Shown here piece by piece: positions 23,507 through 32,926 of a DNA stretch of 38,968 nucleotides. The first letter of the stretch is position 1, and every line of letters begins with the position of its first letter. The notes under the pieces are model-generated. The model did no database searches, was not told the DNA's origin, and worked only from the letters and a program-made list of their open reading frames with translations. The stretch comes from Christensenella sp. (GTDB taxonomy: Bacteria; Bacillota; Clostridia; Christensenellales; Maliibacteriaceae): contig JAHZHV010000234.1 of assembly GCA_019420085.1 (NCBI GenBank), positions 1-38,968 of the forward strand, given 5' to 3'. Made by a program: the position numbers and the translations under genes.

Positions 23507-24476
23507 GTCCTTTCTCATTTTTCTGCAGATTCGTCTGCCCGCAGTCAAAATTCAAACGTTCCTGTTCCACAACAAGCGGACGATGCATCAAGCGTGTATT
23601 GATTGCTGCAATGTATTCTCCCAAAAATCCCATAAATGCAAGCAATACAGAACACATCATCGAAAGGATGATAATCGTGGGAGCCTGTCCCGCCTGAAAC
23701 GTATCCCAATACAGCAGCTTTAAAACAAGGTACACAAGACCAATCAAAAAGCTGATGATCGCAAAGAAAATGCCGGCAAATACGGCAATACGCATACCAA
23801 TTTTCGTATAACTGGTAAAGGAAAGCATTGCTGCATCGTAAAGCGTGTACCAATTGTTGTGTGTTTTTCCTGCACGGCGCCGCGCCTGCGTATAAGGTAC
23901 TTCCTTGCGCTTGCCGCCTAATTCCGCCACAATTCCACGGATAAACGGCGTGGAATCATCCAGCCGACGCAATACATCCAGAAAACTTTTATCATACAGG
24001 CCAAAACCGGTAAAATGCTCAATCTGATCTACGCTGGAAAACTTCTTGATCGTTCGATAATACAATGACCGCAGCCAATACATGATTTTATTTTCCTGGC
24101 TTGCAGTCTTGATTCCACAGACAATCTGATATCCTTCCTCCCAATACTTTAAAAAAGTCGGAATCATATCTACCGGATCCTGAAAATCCGCACAAAGCAT
24201 AATCGCACAATCACCATCTGTTTGCGTCAAACCATAATACGGACTATTGAACTGACCAAAGTTTTTGCAGTTTAGAATTGCCTTTACTTTGTGATCGCAG
24301 CTGCAAATTGCGCGCAGAATATCACGCGTACCATCCTGACTCATATTGTCAATAAACAGAATATCGTACTGGTATCGGTCGCGCAGCTGTTCCATCTGAT
24401 CGCGAACTGCTTCATAAATCGCCTGTATATTTTCCCGTTCATTATATGTTGGAATCATGATGGAGACTTTCTTCAT
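23499..24476 (-). CDS. GT2 polyprenol-phosphate glycosyltransferase (GtrB/ArnC/DPM1-like) with two C-terminal TM helices
   Basis: Begins MIPTYNERENI..., with DNMSQDGT, a DxD-like CADFQDP segment, and two C-terminal TM helices. Confidence 0.85.
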   Translation of the reverse strand: MKKVSIMIPTYNERENIQAIYEAVRDQMEQLRDRYQYDILFIDNMSQDGTRDILRAICSCDHKVKAILNCKNFGQFNSPYYGLTQTDGDCAIMLCADFQDPVDMIPTFLKYWEEGYQIVCGIKTASQENKIMYWLRSLYYRTIKKFSSVDQIEHFTGFGLYDKSFLDVLRRLDDSTPFIRGIVAELGGKRKEVPYTQARRRAGKTHNNWYTLYDAAMLSFTSYTKIGMRIAVFAGIFFAIISFLIGLVYLVLKLLYWDTFQAGQAPTIIILSMMCSVLLAFMGFLGEYIAAINTRLMHRPLVVEQERLNFDCGQTNLQKNEKGHA

Positions 24477-25396
24477 GTCACAATAAACTCCTTATAAAAT
24501 GCAATGGTTTGCGCAATGCCTTTTTCAAAGTCAACAAGGGGAACAAAACCTGTATCCTTTGTCAAAGAAGTGATATCTCCCTGTAAATAGCAAGTCTGTC
24601 CTGCGCGAGCGGAAATTTCTCCAAAATCCTGGGATACATCCGTATGAAAAAAGGAAGCTATCTGCGAAACATATTCCTTCAGCGGTCGTCCCTGGCCGCT
24701 TGCAACGCAATATACCGCTTGATCGCGTCCCTTCTGCCCAATCAGATACATAGCACGTGCACAATCATCCCGATACAGATAATCCCAGATTTGCGTGCAG
24801 GATGAAAGCGGCATATGTTCTGCGCGTTGCAAGTGCTCAATCAAAGAACGAATCAGTGTTCCTTCATTATCAAACGGTCCATAAACGCTGAATATCCGTG
24901 CCCAGCAAAAAGAAAGCCCCAATCTTTGACACTCCAATTGGCACAGCTGTCGTGCAGCATTTTTTGCAATACCATAAGCAATCACAGGGTTCGCCGGAGT
25001 GTCCGGCAATGCCGGTGCATGCAGCGTTCCATATTCTGCCTGTGATCCGGCGCCGACAAAGCGTTTGCATCCGACTCGCGCCGCCAGCCGAACTGCATGT
25101 AATGCGCTTTCTATGTTTTTTTGCTGTGTCACCGGATCACGCCGCGCCTTTTGAGAAGTTCCCTCCCAGGCAAAGTGAAAAAACACATCATACACGTCAT
25201 CCGGCAAAGAAAGCGATGCCAACTCACATAAATCACACGGCACAATACGCAGGTTCTCATGTTTGGGCAACCGATCCATCCGTGTCGTTCCCCTGCGGAC
25301 AAGCGCCGTTACACGCATGTCATTTGCAAGACATGTCTGCACACATGCCGAGGCAATCATGCTTGTTGCACCGCTTATAATTGCCGAACGCATCAT
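24473..25396 (-). CDS. NAD(P)-dependent extended SDR (epimerase/reductase; YerF- or CDP-abequose/paratose-synthase-like)
   Basis: Has an N-terminal Rossmann motif (ISGATSMIAS) and a catalytic YGIAK (YxxxK). Its ATGA overlaps the upstream stop codon. Confidence 0.8.
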   Translation of the reverse strand: MMRSAIISGATSMIASACVQTCLANDMRVTALVRRGTTRMDRLPKHENLRIVPCDLCELASLSLPDDVYDVFFHFAWEGTSQKARRDPVTQQKNIESALHAVRLAARVGCKRFVGAGSQAEYGTLHAPALPDTPANPVIAYGIAKNAARQLCQLECQRLGLSFCWARIFSVYGPFDNEGTLIRSLIEHLQRAEHMPLSSCTQIWDYLYRDDCARAMYLIGQKGRDQAVYCVASGQGRPLKEYVSQIASFFHTDVSQDFGEISARAGQTCYLQGDITSLTKDTGFVPLVDFEKGIAQTIAFYKEFIVT

Positions 25397-27183
25397 TTTT
25401 CTTCCCTTTCAAACAAGCGATTTCGATGCACCTCTTCCCGATCAAGGAATGGGAACATATCATCATAATCATGTGCAACCAACGTTCCATCCGGCAGTTT
25501 TTCAGAGGAAATGCGCGGAATCAGAAGCTGCCACTGCGGCGTCATCACTTCGCAAACAACCGGTCCCTGTGCAGACAAAACCTCTTCAATTTTCTGGTCC
25601 ATTTGTTCAACGCTGTCAATTCGCACACCGGCAATTCCATACGCCTGCGCAATCTTCAGCGTATCAGGACACCACACGCCTGAATCAGGGCTTTCCCCAA
25701 CAAATCGATCCTGCATAAAATTACGTTGCGTATGACGGATCAGCAAATACCCATTGTTATTGAAAACAAAAACCTTAATGGGAAGTTTGTTATGCGCAAT
25801 CGTTGCAAATTCCTGCAAGTTCATCTGCAGGCTTCCATCCCCTGTAACGCAAATTGTCTGCCGGCAATCATTTGCGACGCATGCGCCAATACAGGCAGCC
25901 CAATATCCCATTGATGAAATTCCGCCTGTGGTAAGAAAATGCTGTCCTTTTTTGATCTTCCAGCTCTGGCAAACGACATGGAAACACGAGCCTGTATCCA
26001 CAACGATCATCGCATCATTCGGCGTATGCCTGCTCAGCGCGTCGGCAAACAAATAAGAATTTACAGGTTTTTCATCTTTATACGATTCCTGCACAACAGG
26101 ATACCGTTTCTTCCAATCATTGCATTGCGCCACCCATGCCGAAAAATCAGGACATGCCTTTTCCGCAATACACGCCTGGAGACTATGTAAAAATGCGCCT
26201 GCATCCCCCAAAACTTTATAATCAATATGGCAGTTTGGCTTATCCAGCTCCTCAACATCAATATCCACCGCCATAACAAACGCATTTTCCGCAAATTGCC
26301 GCGGATTATGTCCAACAAGGGACGAAGCAAGGCGGCATCCGATTGATAAAACAACATCCGCATTTTGAATGGCAATATTTGCTGCGCGTTCTCCGTAATT
26401 TCCGGGACGCCCAACATACAATTCATCGTCGGAGGGAATCAGATCAATTCCAAGGCGAGCGGTAATCACAGGAATCCGCATTTGATGCGCTACTTTTTCA
26501 AAGATCTCTCTTGCACCGGACAAGGCCACACCCTGTCCTACAAGAAGAACGGGACGTTTAGCATTGCAGATCTTCTCATATGCAGCTTTTGCAGCTTTCT
26601 GCACGTCCGACAGTGAATACAGGGATTCATGCTGTATGACAACCGGTTTTTGAACAGGAACCTGTGCCTTCTGTACATCCAGAGGCACTTCAATCCATAC
26701 CGGACCGGGACGTCCTTGCGTCGCCGTTTCATATGCCGTCTCCAAAACCTGCTGCAGCGTCTGCGGATCATCAATGGTTTTGAAATACTTCACGACATTT
26801 TTAACAATCGGTCCAATATTGATTCCCTGTACACCATATTGGCGAATGTTCGTTTTTTCCTGATACCGTACAAACGGCAAATTCGTATGTCCTGAAATTA
26901 CAATCATCGGTGAAGAATCCGTATATCCTCCGACAACGCCGGTAAGGGCATTACAAGCGCCCGGACCTGCTGTCACCAATGTAATCGCAGGTTTATTTCG
27001 GATTCTTCCATAGGCATCCGCAGCCATGGCGCATGCCTGTTCATGATGATGGCATATAATCTTGTACGCCGGATTTCTCCCAATCGCATCATTCAAAAAC
27101 ATTGCCTGGCCGCCGGTGACCATAAATGCCGTATCAACGCCTTTTTTACTGAAAAAATCAAAAATATATTCCGATACGTTCAT
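25393..27183 (-). CDS. thiamine-diphosphate enzyme of the acetolactate-synthase/YerE family
   Basis: 596 aa. Contains the N-terminal Pyr domain with catalytic Glu (HHEQA), a central domain, and the ThDP motif GDGSLQMN...NNNGY. The RBS is GGGAGGA. Confidence 0.88.
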   Translation of the reverse strand: MNVSEYIFDFFSKKGVDTAFMVTGGQAMFLNDAIGRNPAYKIICHHHEQACAMAADAYGRIRNKPAITLVTAGPGACNALTGVVGGYTDSSPMIVISGHTNLPFVRYQEKTNIRQYGVQGINIGPIVKNVVKYFKTIDDPQTLQQVLETAYETATQGRPGPVWIEVPLDVQKAQVPVQKPVVIQHESLYSLSDVQKAAKAAYEKICNAKRPVLLVGQGVALSGAREIFEKVAHQMRIPVITARLGIDLIPSDDELYVGRPGNYGERAANIAIQNADVVLSIGCRLASSLVGHNPRQFAENAFVMAVDIDVEELDKPNCHIDYKVLGDAGAFLHSLQACIAEKACPDFSAWVAQCNDWKKRYPVVQESYKDEKPVNSYLFADALSRHTPNDAMIVVDTGSCFHVVCQSWKIKKGQHFLTTGGISSMGYWAACIGACVANDCRQTICVTGDGSLQMNLQEFATIAHNKLPIKVFVFNNNGYLLIRHTQRNFMQDRFVGESPDSGVWCPDTLKIAQAYGIAGVRIDSVEQMDQKIEEVLSAQGPVVCEVMTPQWQLLIPRISSEKLPDGTLVAHDYDDMFPFLDREEVHRNRLFEREEK

Positions 27184-27206
27184 CGTGTGTCCTCCCAGAT
27201 TCTGTA

Positions 27207-28244
27207 TTATAAAAGAGAAGATAGATAATAGGATTCGTCGTTTTGTTTGCTGTCTGCATGCAGTTGTTCTGCAATCTGCAGCAGCATATCTTCCTGTCCG
27301 GCGACCACTTTGCGTTTTCCCGCTTCAAGCAGAATATCCCGCGCATCTACGCCAAACGTCTTTGCAGCTTCGATCGCGTGGTACTTAAACGCGCTGAATG
27401 TTCCTGCAATACCATTGATAATACTGATATCATCCACACCCATGGTGCATTGCGGATATTGACGAACCAGATTTTGACTGACGTCCATTAAATGGTACAA
27501 ATCCAGCTTGGTTCGAATTTTTTCCTTCATCAAAAGTGCTGCAATTGCCTCCAGCTGACAATTTCCTGCGCCGGCACCATAGCCACGCAGCGTAGCATCC
27601 ACAATACTTGCACCATGATTAATCGCAATATATGTATTGGAAACCGCCATTCCTAAATTATTATGCGCATGAAATCCAACCTTGATATGTAACTGATCAC
27701 ACAACGCATCGATTGCATCCGCTACCATCTGCGGCGTAGATGCACCGGCACTGTCCATGATGATAACGCCGTGCGCACCATATGACTGCATCTTCAGCGC
27801 TTCTTCCACCAGGCGATCCGTCCCAATCATATGATACATCATCAAAACGCCATATACGGGCAATCCGCGTGAAGCAACATATTCAATATGCTGCTTTGTC
27901 ACATCTGCCTCCGTACAATGACATCCGATCTTTACAAGATCTGCACCAAGTTCTATTGCCGGTTTCAGATTCTCTTCAATCGTTCCAAAACCGGGAATCA
28001 TATAGACACCTAATTTTGTACGGTGCAGATTTTCCCTTGCTGTGCGCAGCATTTCCTCATCGCTGATTTTAGACATTCCAATATGCAGGCTGGAAGCGCC
28101 AAGACCATTCCCATGGCCCACAATGATGCAATCCAATCCTGCATCATCCATTGCACTGCAATAATCGCGAATATCCTGTGCACAAAACTGATGCTTATTG
28201 GCATGACTGCCGTCACGCAAAGTCGCGTCAAAAAACTGAATCAC
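27207..28244 (-). CDS. 4-hydroxy-2-oxovalerate aldolase family protein (DmpG/MhpE-like)
   Basis: Begins with DATLRDGSH, has HMGL-like TIM barrel metal ligands (HAHNNLG), and carries a C-terminal DmpG communication-domain-like tail. Confidence 0.88.
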   Translation of the reverse strand: MIQFFDATLRDGSHANKHQFCAQDIRDYCSAMDDAGLDCIIVGHGNGLGASSLHIGMSKISDEEMLRTARENLHRTKLGVYMIPGFGTIEENLKPAIELGADLVKIGCHCTEADVTKQHIEYVASRGLPVYGVLMMYHMIGTDRLVEEALKMQSYGAHGVIIMDSAGASTPQMVADAIDALCDQLHIKVGFHAHNNLGMAVSNTYIAINHGASIVDATLRGYGAGAGNCQLEAIAALLMKEKIRTKLDLYHLMDVSQNLVRQYPQCTMGVDDISIINGIAGTFSAFKYHAIEAAKTFGVDARDILLEAGKRKVVAGQEDMLLQIAEQLHADSKQNDESYYLSSLL

Positions 28245-29158
28245 ACCTTAGCCTCCTCTGCACCTTTTTGTACGACGTACATCTCAGCCATATGTACTGC
28301 CGCACAGGTAATAATATCAAGATTTCCGGCATAGGAAGGCAAAAAGTCACCGCTTCCTGTTACGCCGATGGAAACGGCAAGACGGCCGTTTTCATAAACC
28401 GGCGGAAGAATCATATGATATCCCGACACATACCGGCGAATCTGCTCAACCATGGATGTAACGGCATCTTCAATCTTTTGCATGTCCGGATGATCCACCA
28501 GCGCGTAAAGTGTATTGCGCATCATGATCGGCGGATTTGCAGGATTTAACACAATGATGGCCTTCGCCTTTTCAATCCCCGTAAACAACCGCAGCGCATC
28601 GGACGTCGTCTGTGTAAATTCATCAATATTTGCCCGTGTGCCTGGACCTGCGGATTTCGATGCAATCGTCGCAATCATTTCAAAATACTTTACATTCGGC
28701 TGCACACGGGATATTGCAACGGCAATGGGTACCGTCGCCTGCCCGCCGCAGGTAATCATATTGATATTATCATGCTTTAAGACTGCATCGGCATTTAATG
28801 TCGGAATACAAAACGGACCGATATGCGCCGGTGTCAAATCGATGGTAAACTTCCCAAGTTTCTTTAAAATCGGCGCATGATACATATGGACATTTGCTGA
28901 TGTTGCATCAAAAACAATATCGCAGCACTGCGGATTGCGGACAAGATAGTCAATGGAATCATATGTCACCGGCACACCCATTTGTATCGCCTGCTGAATA
29001 TTTTTGGAATCCGGATTATGACCGGCAAAAATTCCGCATTCCAAAAAACTGCTTTTTCGCACTTTGAACAGCAGATCCATGCCAATATTTCCCGTTCCAA
29101 GAATTGCAACTTTCACTTTTTCCAATGCTCTATCTTCATCTCCCTTTCTCCGTTTCAC
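28241..29158 (-). CDS. acetaldehyde dehydrogenase (acetylating) family protein (DmpF/MhpF-like)
   Basis: Contains VAILGTGNIGMDL (Rossmann), the NMITCGGQATVP active-site Cys segment, and a semialdehyde-DH fold. ATGA overlaps occur at both ends. Confidence 0.88.
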   Translation of the reverse strand: MKRRKGDEDRALEKVKVAILGTGNIGMDLLFKVRKSSFLECGIFAGHNPDSKNIQQAIQMGVPVTYDSIDYLVRNPQCCDIVFDATSANVHMYHAPILKKLGKFTIDLTPAHIGPFCIPTLNADAVLKHDNINMITCGGQATVPIAVAISRVQPNVKYFEMIATIASKSAGPGTRANIDEFTQTTSDALRLFTGIEKAKAIIVLNPANPPIMMRNTLYALVDHPDMQKIEDAVTSMVEQIRRYVSGYHMILPPVYENGRLAVSIGVTGSGDFLPSYAGNLDIITCAAVHMAEMYVVQKGAEEAKV

Positions 29159-29637
29159 TTCTGTGACATCTTATCAGACCGGGAAAAAGCCCAGAATTTA
29201 TTAAGAATAAAGTTCAACGGAATTGTAACAATCAGCGTAAATAGACTGGCAAGCCAATATACAACATGTACCTTACCTAACCAGATTTTCAAAAGCGGCG
29301 CAAGTACAAGTCCTGTAATCGCATAGCAGATAAATGTACGCATGTATGCAATAAGATGCATTTTCAAAGTACGTTTATGTGCGCTTTGAAAAACATAGCG
29401 ACTGTTCCAGTAATAGGAATTGGTTACGCTGATCACAAATGCAATCGCTGTAACCACAATAACCTTCATGCCATAGTTCCATGCAATATCGCGAAAAAGT
29501 ACATAATAGCACAGCATTTCGATTGCATATGAAATGCATGTATTGGATAAACCAACGATACCGAATTTCACAAACTGCACTACCGGAGCCAATGCTCCTT
29601 CCTGCAATGTTTTGAAAAACGCATGTATCTTTTTCAT
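29155..29637 (-). CDS. gtrA: GtrA-family membrane protein (putative polyprenol-P-sugar flippase component)
   Basis: 160 aa with 4 TM helices, a VQFVKFGIVGLSNT N-terminal motif and an FxLNKFWAF C-terminal motif. Confidence 0.85.
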   Translation of the reverse strand: MKKIHAFFKTLQEGALAPVVQFVKFGIVGLSNTCISYAIEMLCYYVLFRDIAWNYGMKVIVVTAIAFVISVTNSYYWNSRYVFQSAHKRTLKMHLIAYMRTFICYAITGLVLAPLLKIWLGKVHVVYWLASLFTLIVTIPLNFILNKFWAFSRSDKMSQK

Positions 29638-30986
29638 TTTTTCTGTGCCTCAATCGCCTCTTGCACAGTCTGCGCCATGTAATCAATCATTTCATCCGTC
29701 ATGCCCGGATATACACCCAGCCAGAATGTATTGTTCATAATAAAATCTGTATTTTCAAGCGTCCCAACTACGCGATATGCGTCCGTATCCCGAATTGCAT
29801 CAAAACACGGATGCTTAATCAGATTACCACTGAACAACAATCTGGTCTGTACATTACGCGATTCTATAAAACGCGTCATCTCATTGCGGTCAAGACCACT
29901 TTGCGGCCGGACGGAAATCAAAAAGCCAAACCAGCTTGGCTCACTGGCAGGCGCCGGCTCCGGCAAAATCAGAAAATCAGACAGCGGTTCCAGTGCCGCA
30001 CGAAGACGCGCCCAATTGTGCTGACGCCGCTTAATAAAGGATGGAAATTTTTTTAACTGCTCACATCCGACAGCAGCCTGCATATCCGTTACCTTGAGAT
30101 TGTATCCAAAGTGACTGTATACATACTTATGATCATATCCCAAGGGAAGTTGTCCATACTGACGGTCAAAGCGATGACCACAGAAATTATCCTGTCCGGA
30201 AGGACAGATACAATCCCGTCCCCAATCACGGAAACTAAGAATCAGTCGATGCAAAAGCGAATCATTTGTATATACGCAGCCGCCTTCTCCCATCGTCATA
30301 TGATGCGGCGGATAAAAGCTGCTCGTTCCAATATCGCCCCATGTACCGGTATACCGCGTTTCATGATCGATTGTATAACGGGTACCCAAAGCATCGCAGT
30401 TATCCTCAACCAGCCAAAGATGATTTTCCTGACAAAAAGCTTTGACTGCCGAAAGATCAAATGGATTTCCAAGCGTATGCGCAATCATAACGGCCTTTGT
30501 CTTTTCTGAAAGCGCCGCCTGCAATTTGGTAACGTCAATATTATATTGCGGAACCGTCACATCTACAAAAACAGGAACCGCACCATATTGCAGCGCAGGC
30601 GTAACGGTCGTGGGAAAACCACAAGCCACCGTAATAATCTCATCACCTTTTTTAATGCGCCTTTCCCCCAGCTCCGGTGCTGTCAGCGCCATAAAAGCAA
30701 TTAAATTGGCAGAAGATCCGCTGTTAACAAGATGTGCATAACGTACACCGATCCATTTTGCAAATTCCGTCTCAAACTCATCCGCAAAACGTCCCGTCGT
30801 CAGCCAAAAATCAAGCGCGGCATCAACCAAAGCACACATTTCCGCATCATCAAAAACCCGCGCAGCATAAGTAATGCGATCCCCAGGCTCAAAATGTTTT
30901 TTCTGTTGTTTAAAATCCCGATAGTATTCCGATACAAGTGCGCGGATCTGTTCCCTAGCCTGCGCTTCATTCTGCCAATTACTCAT
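29634..30986 (-). CDS. rfbH: CDP-6-deoxy-L-threo-D-glycero-4-hexulose 3-dehydrase (E1), RfbH/DdhC type
   Basis: DegT/DnrJ/EryC1 fold in which the PLP lysine is replaced by His (SFYPPHHMTMGEGG). It also has the C-x-C-x7-C Fe-S motif (DCICPSGQDNFC). Confidence 0.9.
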   Translation of the reverse strand: MSNWQNEAQAREQIRALVSEYYRDFKQQKKHFEPGDRITYAARVFDDAEMCALVDAALDFWLTTGRFADEFETEFAKWIGVRYAHLVNSGSSANLIAFMALTAPELGERRIKKGDEIITVACGFPTTVTPALQYGAVPVFVDVTVPQYNIDVTKLQAALSEKTKAVMIAHTLGNPFDLSAVKAFCQENHLWLVEDNCDALGTRYTIDHETRYTGTWGDIGTSSFYPPHHMTMGEGGCVYTNDSLLHRLILSFRDWGRDCICPSGQDNFCGHRFDRQYGQLPLGYDHKYVYSHFGYNLKVTDMQAAVGCEQLKKFPSFIKRRQHNWARLRAALEPLSDFLILPEPAPASEPSWFGFLISVRPQSGLDRNEMTRFIESRNVQTRLLFSGNLIKHPCFDAIRDTDAYRVVGTLENTDFIMNNTFWLGVYPGMTDEMIDYMAQTVQEAIEAQKK

Positions 30987-32053
30987 GCGCCCTCTCCTTT
31001 TTCAAAGCATTCAATTTGTTCGTCCATGACATCGGAGATTTTTTCTCCTGCCAAATATGCTTTACTCCAAAGACATGTCATTTCAATTGCTTTTTCAATA
31101 TGCCAACGCGGTTTCCAACCAAAACATGCCTTGATTTTGCTGCAATCCAATTTCAAAAAATTTGCTTCATGCGGCGCATTTTGTTCCGCTTTATTCTGCC
31201 AGGAAGCACCGTCACCCCACTGATCACAAAACATCTGTACCAGCGTGCCGGTTGTAACGCAATCACATTCATCCGGTCCAACATTATACCATCCGGCATA
31301 CTTCTTATCCTGCGCTTGCATCGCTGCGATCATTAAATACGCAAAAAGGGGTTCCAGCACATGCTGATAAGGACGCGTGGAATACGGATTTCGAACGCCG
31401 ATGACTTCTTTATTCTGCATGGCCCGTACACAATCCGGGATAATACGGTCATTTGCAAAATCACCGCCGCCAATAACATTTCCCGCACGTGCAGTTGAAA
31501 TTGCCGGAGCATCTTCGTTGGAAAAAAAGCTGTTCTTATAACAATGCGTAACAAGTTCTGAGCAGCTTTTGGAATTGGAATACGGATCAAATCCATCCAG
31601 CATTTCTTCTTCCCGATAACCCCATACCCATTCGCGATTGTGATACACTTTATCCGTCGTCACATTTAAAACGCTTTGCACACCACCGCATAACCGAACG
31701 CATTCCAGAAGATTCACAGTCCCCATAACGTTCGTCTCATATGTATAACGCGGATTTCGATAACTATCCCGCACAATAGGCTGTGCTGCAAGATGCAGAA
31801 CAATCTGCGGCTTTGCCTGGCAAAAACTTGCATACAGCGTTTCAAAATCACGCACATCAGCAATGATGCTCGTCATATTTTCCTGTAAATCAGCCAATTC
31901 AAATAAATTGGGCTGTGTAGGCGGTTCAAGAGAATATCCCGTAACCTGTGCGCCTGCACGCAAAAGAATGCGGCATAGCCAACTTCCCTTAAACCCGGTA
32001 TGACCCGTGACAAAAACACGTTTTCCGCGATAGAATTCCAATATATCCATCAT
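30983..32053 (-). CDS. rfbG: CDP-glucose 4,6-dehydratase
   Basis: Contains VFVTGHTGFKGSWL and an extended SDR YxxSK motif (PYSNSK). The start ATG 32053 shares one base with the rfbF stop (TGATG). The longer track ORF has no RBS. Confidence 0.92.
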   Translation of the reverse strand: MMDILEFYRGKRVFVTGHTGFKGSWLCRILLRAGAQVTGYSLEPPTQPNLFELADLQENMTSIIADVRDFETLYASFCQAKPQIVLHLAAQPIVRDSYRNPRYTYETNVMGTVNLLECVRLCGGVQSVLNVTTDKVYHNREWVWGYREEEMLDGFDPYSNSKSCSELVTHCYKNSFFSNEDAPAISTARAGNVIGGGDFANDRIIPDCVRAMQNKEVIGVRNPYSTRPYQHVLEPLFAYLMIAAMQAQDKKYAGWYNVGPDECDCVTTGTLVQMFCDQWGDGASWQNKAEQNAPHEANFLKLDCSKIKACFGWKPRWHIEKAIEMTCLWSKAYLAGEKISDVMDEQIECFEKGEGA

Positions 32054-32832
32054 CAGTCCTGCCATACCTTCCAAGGCGCATTGCCGCTTGTCCAAAGTTT
32101 TTCAAGCATATCCATTTCCCGCTTGGTATCCATACATTGCCAATATCCGCGGTGCATATAACTCATCAACTCGCCTTCACGTGCCAGACGTTCCAGCGGT
32201 TCCCTTTCAAAAACGGTGTTGTCACCTTCAATGTAATCAAAAACTTCTGGCTCTAAAACCATATATCCTGCATTTATTGGCGCACTGTCATCCTGCCTTT
32301 TTTCGCGAAAAGATCGCACGGCATTATCACCGCCAATATCCAAAACACCCTTTTGCTGTTCCAGCATAACGGCAGTCAACGTCGCTTTATGTCCATGTGA
32401 ACGATGAAAATCCAACAGCTTCGTAATATCCACATCACAAACGCCATCACCGTACGTCATCATAAATGTCTCTTTTCCCACATACGGCGCAATGCGTTTG
32501 ATTCTGCCGCCTGTCATCGTATTTAAACCGGTATCCACAACCGTTACCTTCCATGGTTCTGCCTTGCGGTTGTGCACGATCATTTGATTTCCCTGTGTAA
32601 AATCAAATGTTATATCGCTCGTATGCAAAAAATAGTCAGCAAACCATTCTTTTATCACATGTTGTTTATATCCGGCACAAATAATAAACTCATGCAATCC
32701 ATAATGTGCATATTCTTTCATGATATGCCATAAAATCGGCATACCTCCAATTTCAATCATGGGTTTTGGTTTATACTGACTTTCTTCACTGATGCGTGTA
32801 CCGTATCCGCCTGCAAGAAGTACAACTTTCAT
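32053..32832 (-). CDS. rfbF: glucose-1-phosphate cytidylyltransferase
   Basis: Close motif-by-motif resemblance to Salmonella RfbF (LAGGYGTRISEE..KPKPM.EIGG.PILWHIMK...GYWQCMDT.R). The start ATG 32832 follows AAGGAG. Confidence 0.93.
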   Translation of the reverse strand: MKVVLLAGGYGTRISEESQYKPKPMIEIGGMPILWHIMKEYAHYGLHEFIICAGYKQHVIKEWFADYFLHTSDITFDFTQGNQMIVHNRKAEPWKVTVVDTGLNTMTGGRIKRIAPYVGKETFMMTYGDGVCDVDITKLLDFHRSHGHKATLTAVMLEQQKGVLDIGGDNAVRSFREKRQDDSAPINAGYMVLEPEVFDYIEGDNTVFEREPLERLAREGELMSYMHRGYWQCMDTKREMDMLEKLWTSGNAPWKVWQD

Positions 32833-32926
32833 TTTCTTCTCCTTATTCATTCCCTATCTGCACTGTATCTTTTGCCTTTGCAATAGGTCTTTTATTTGAA
32901 ATTGAAAACACCTTTCCTACTATATC

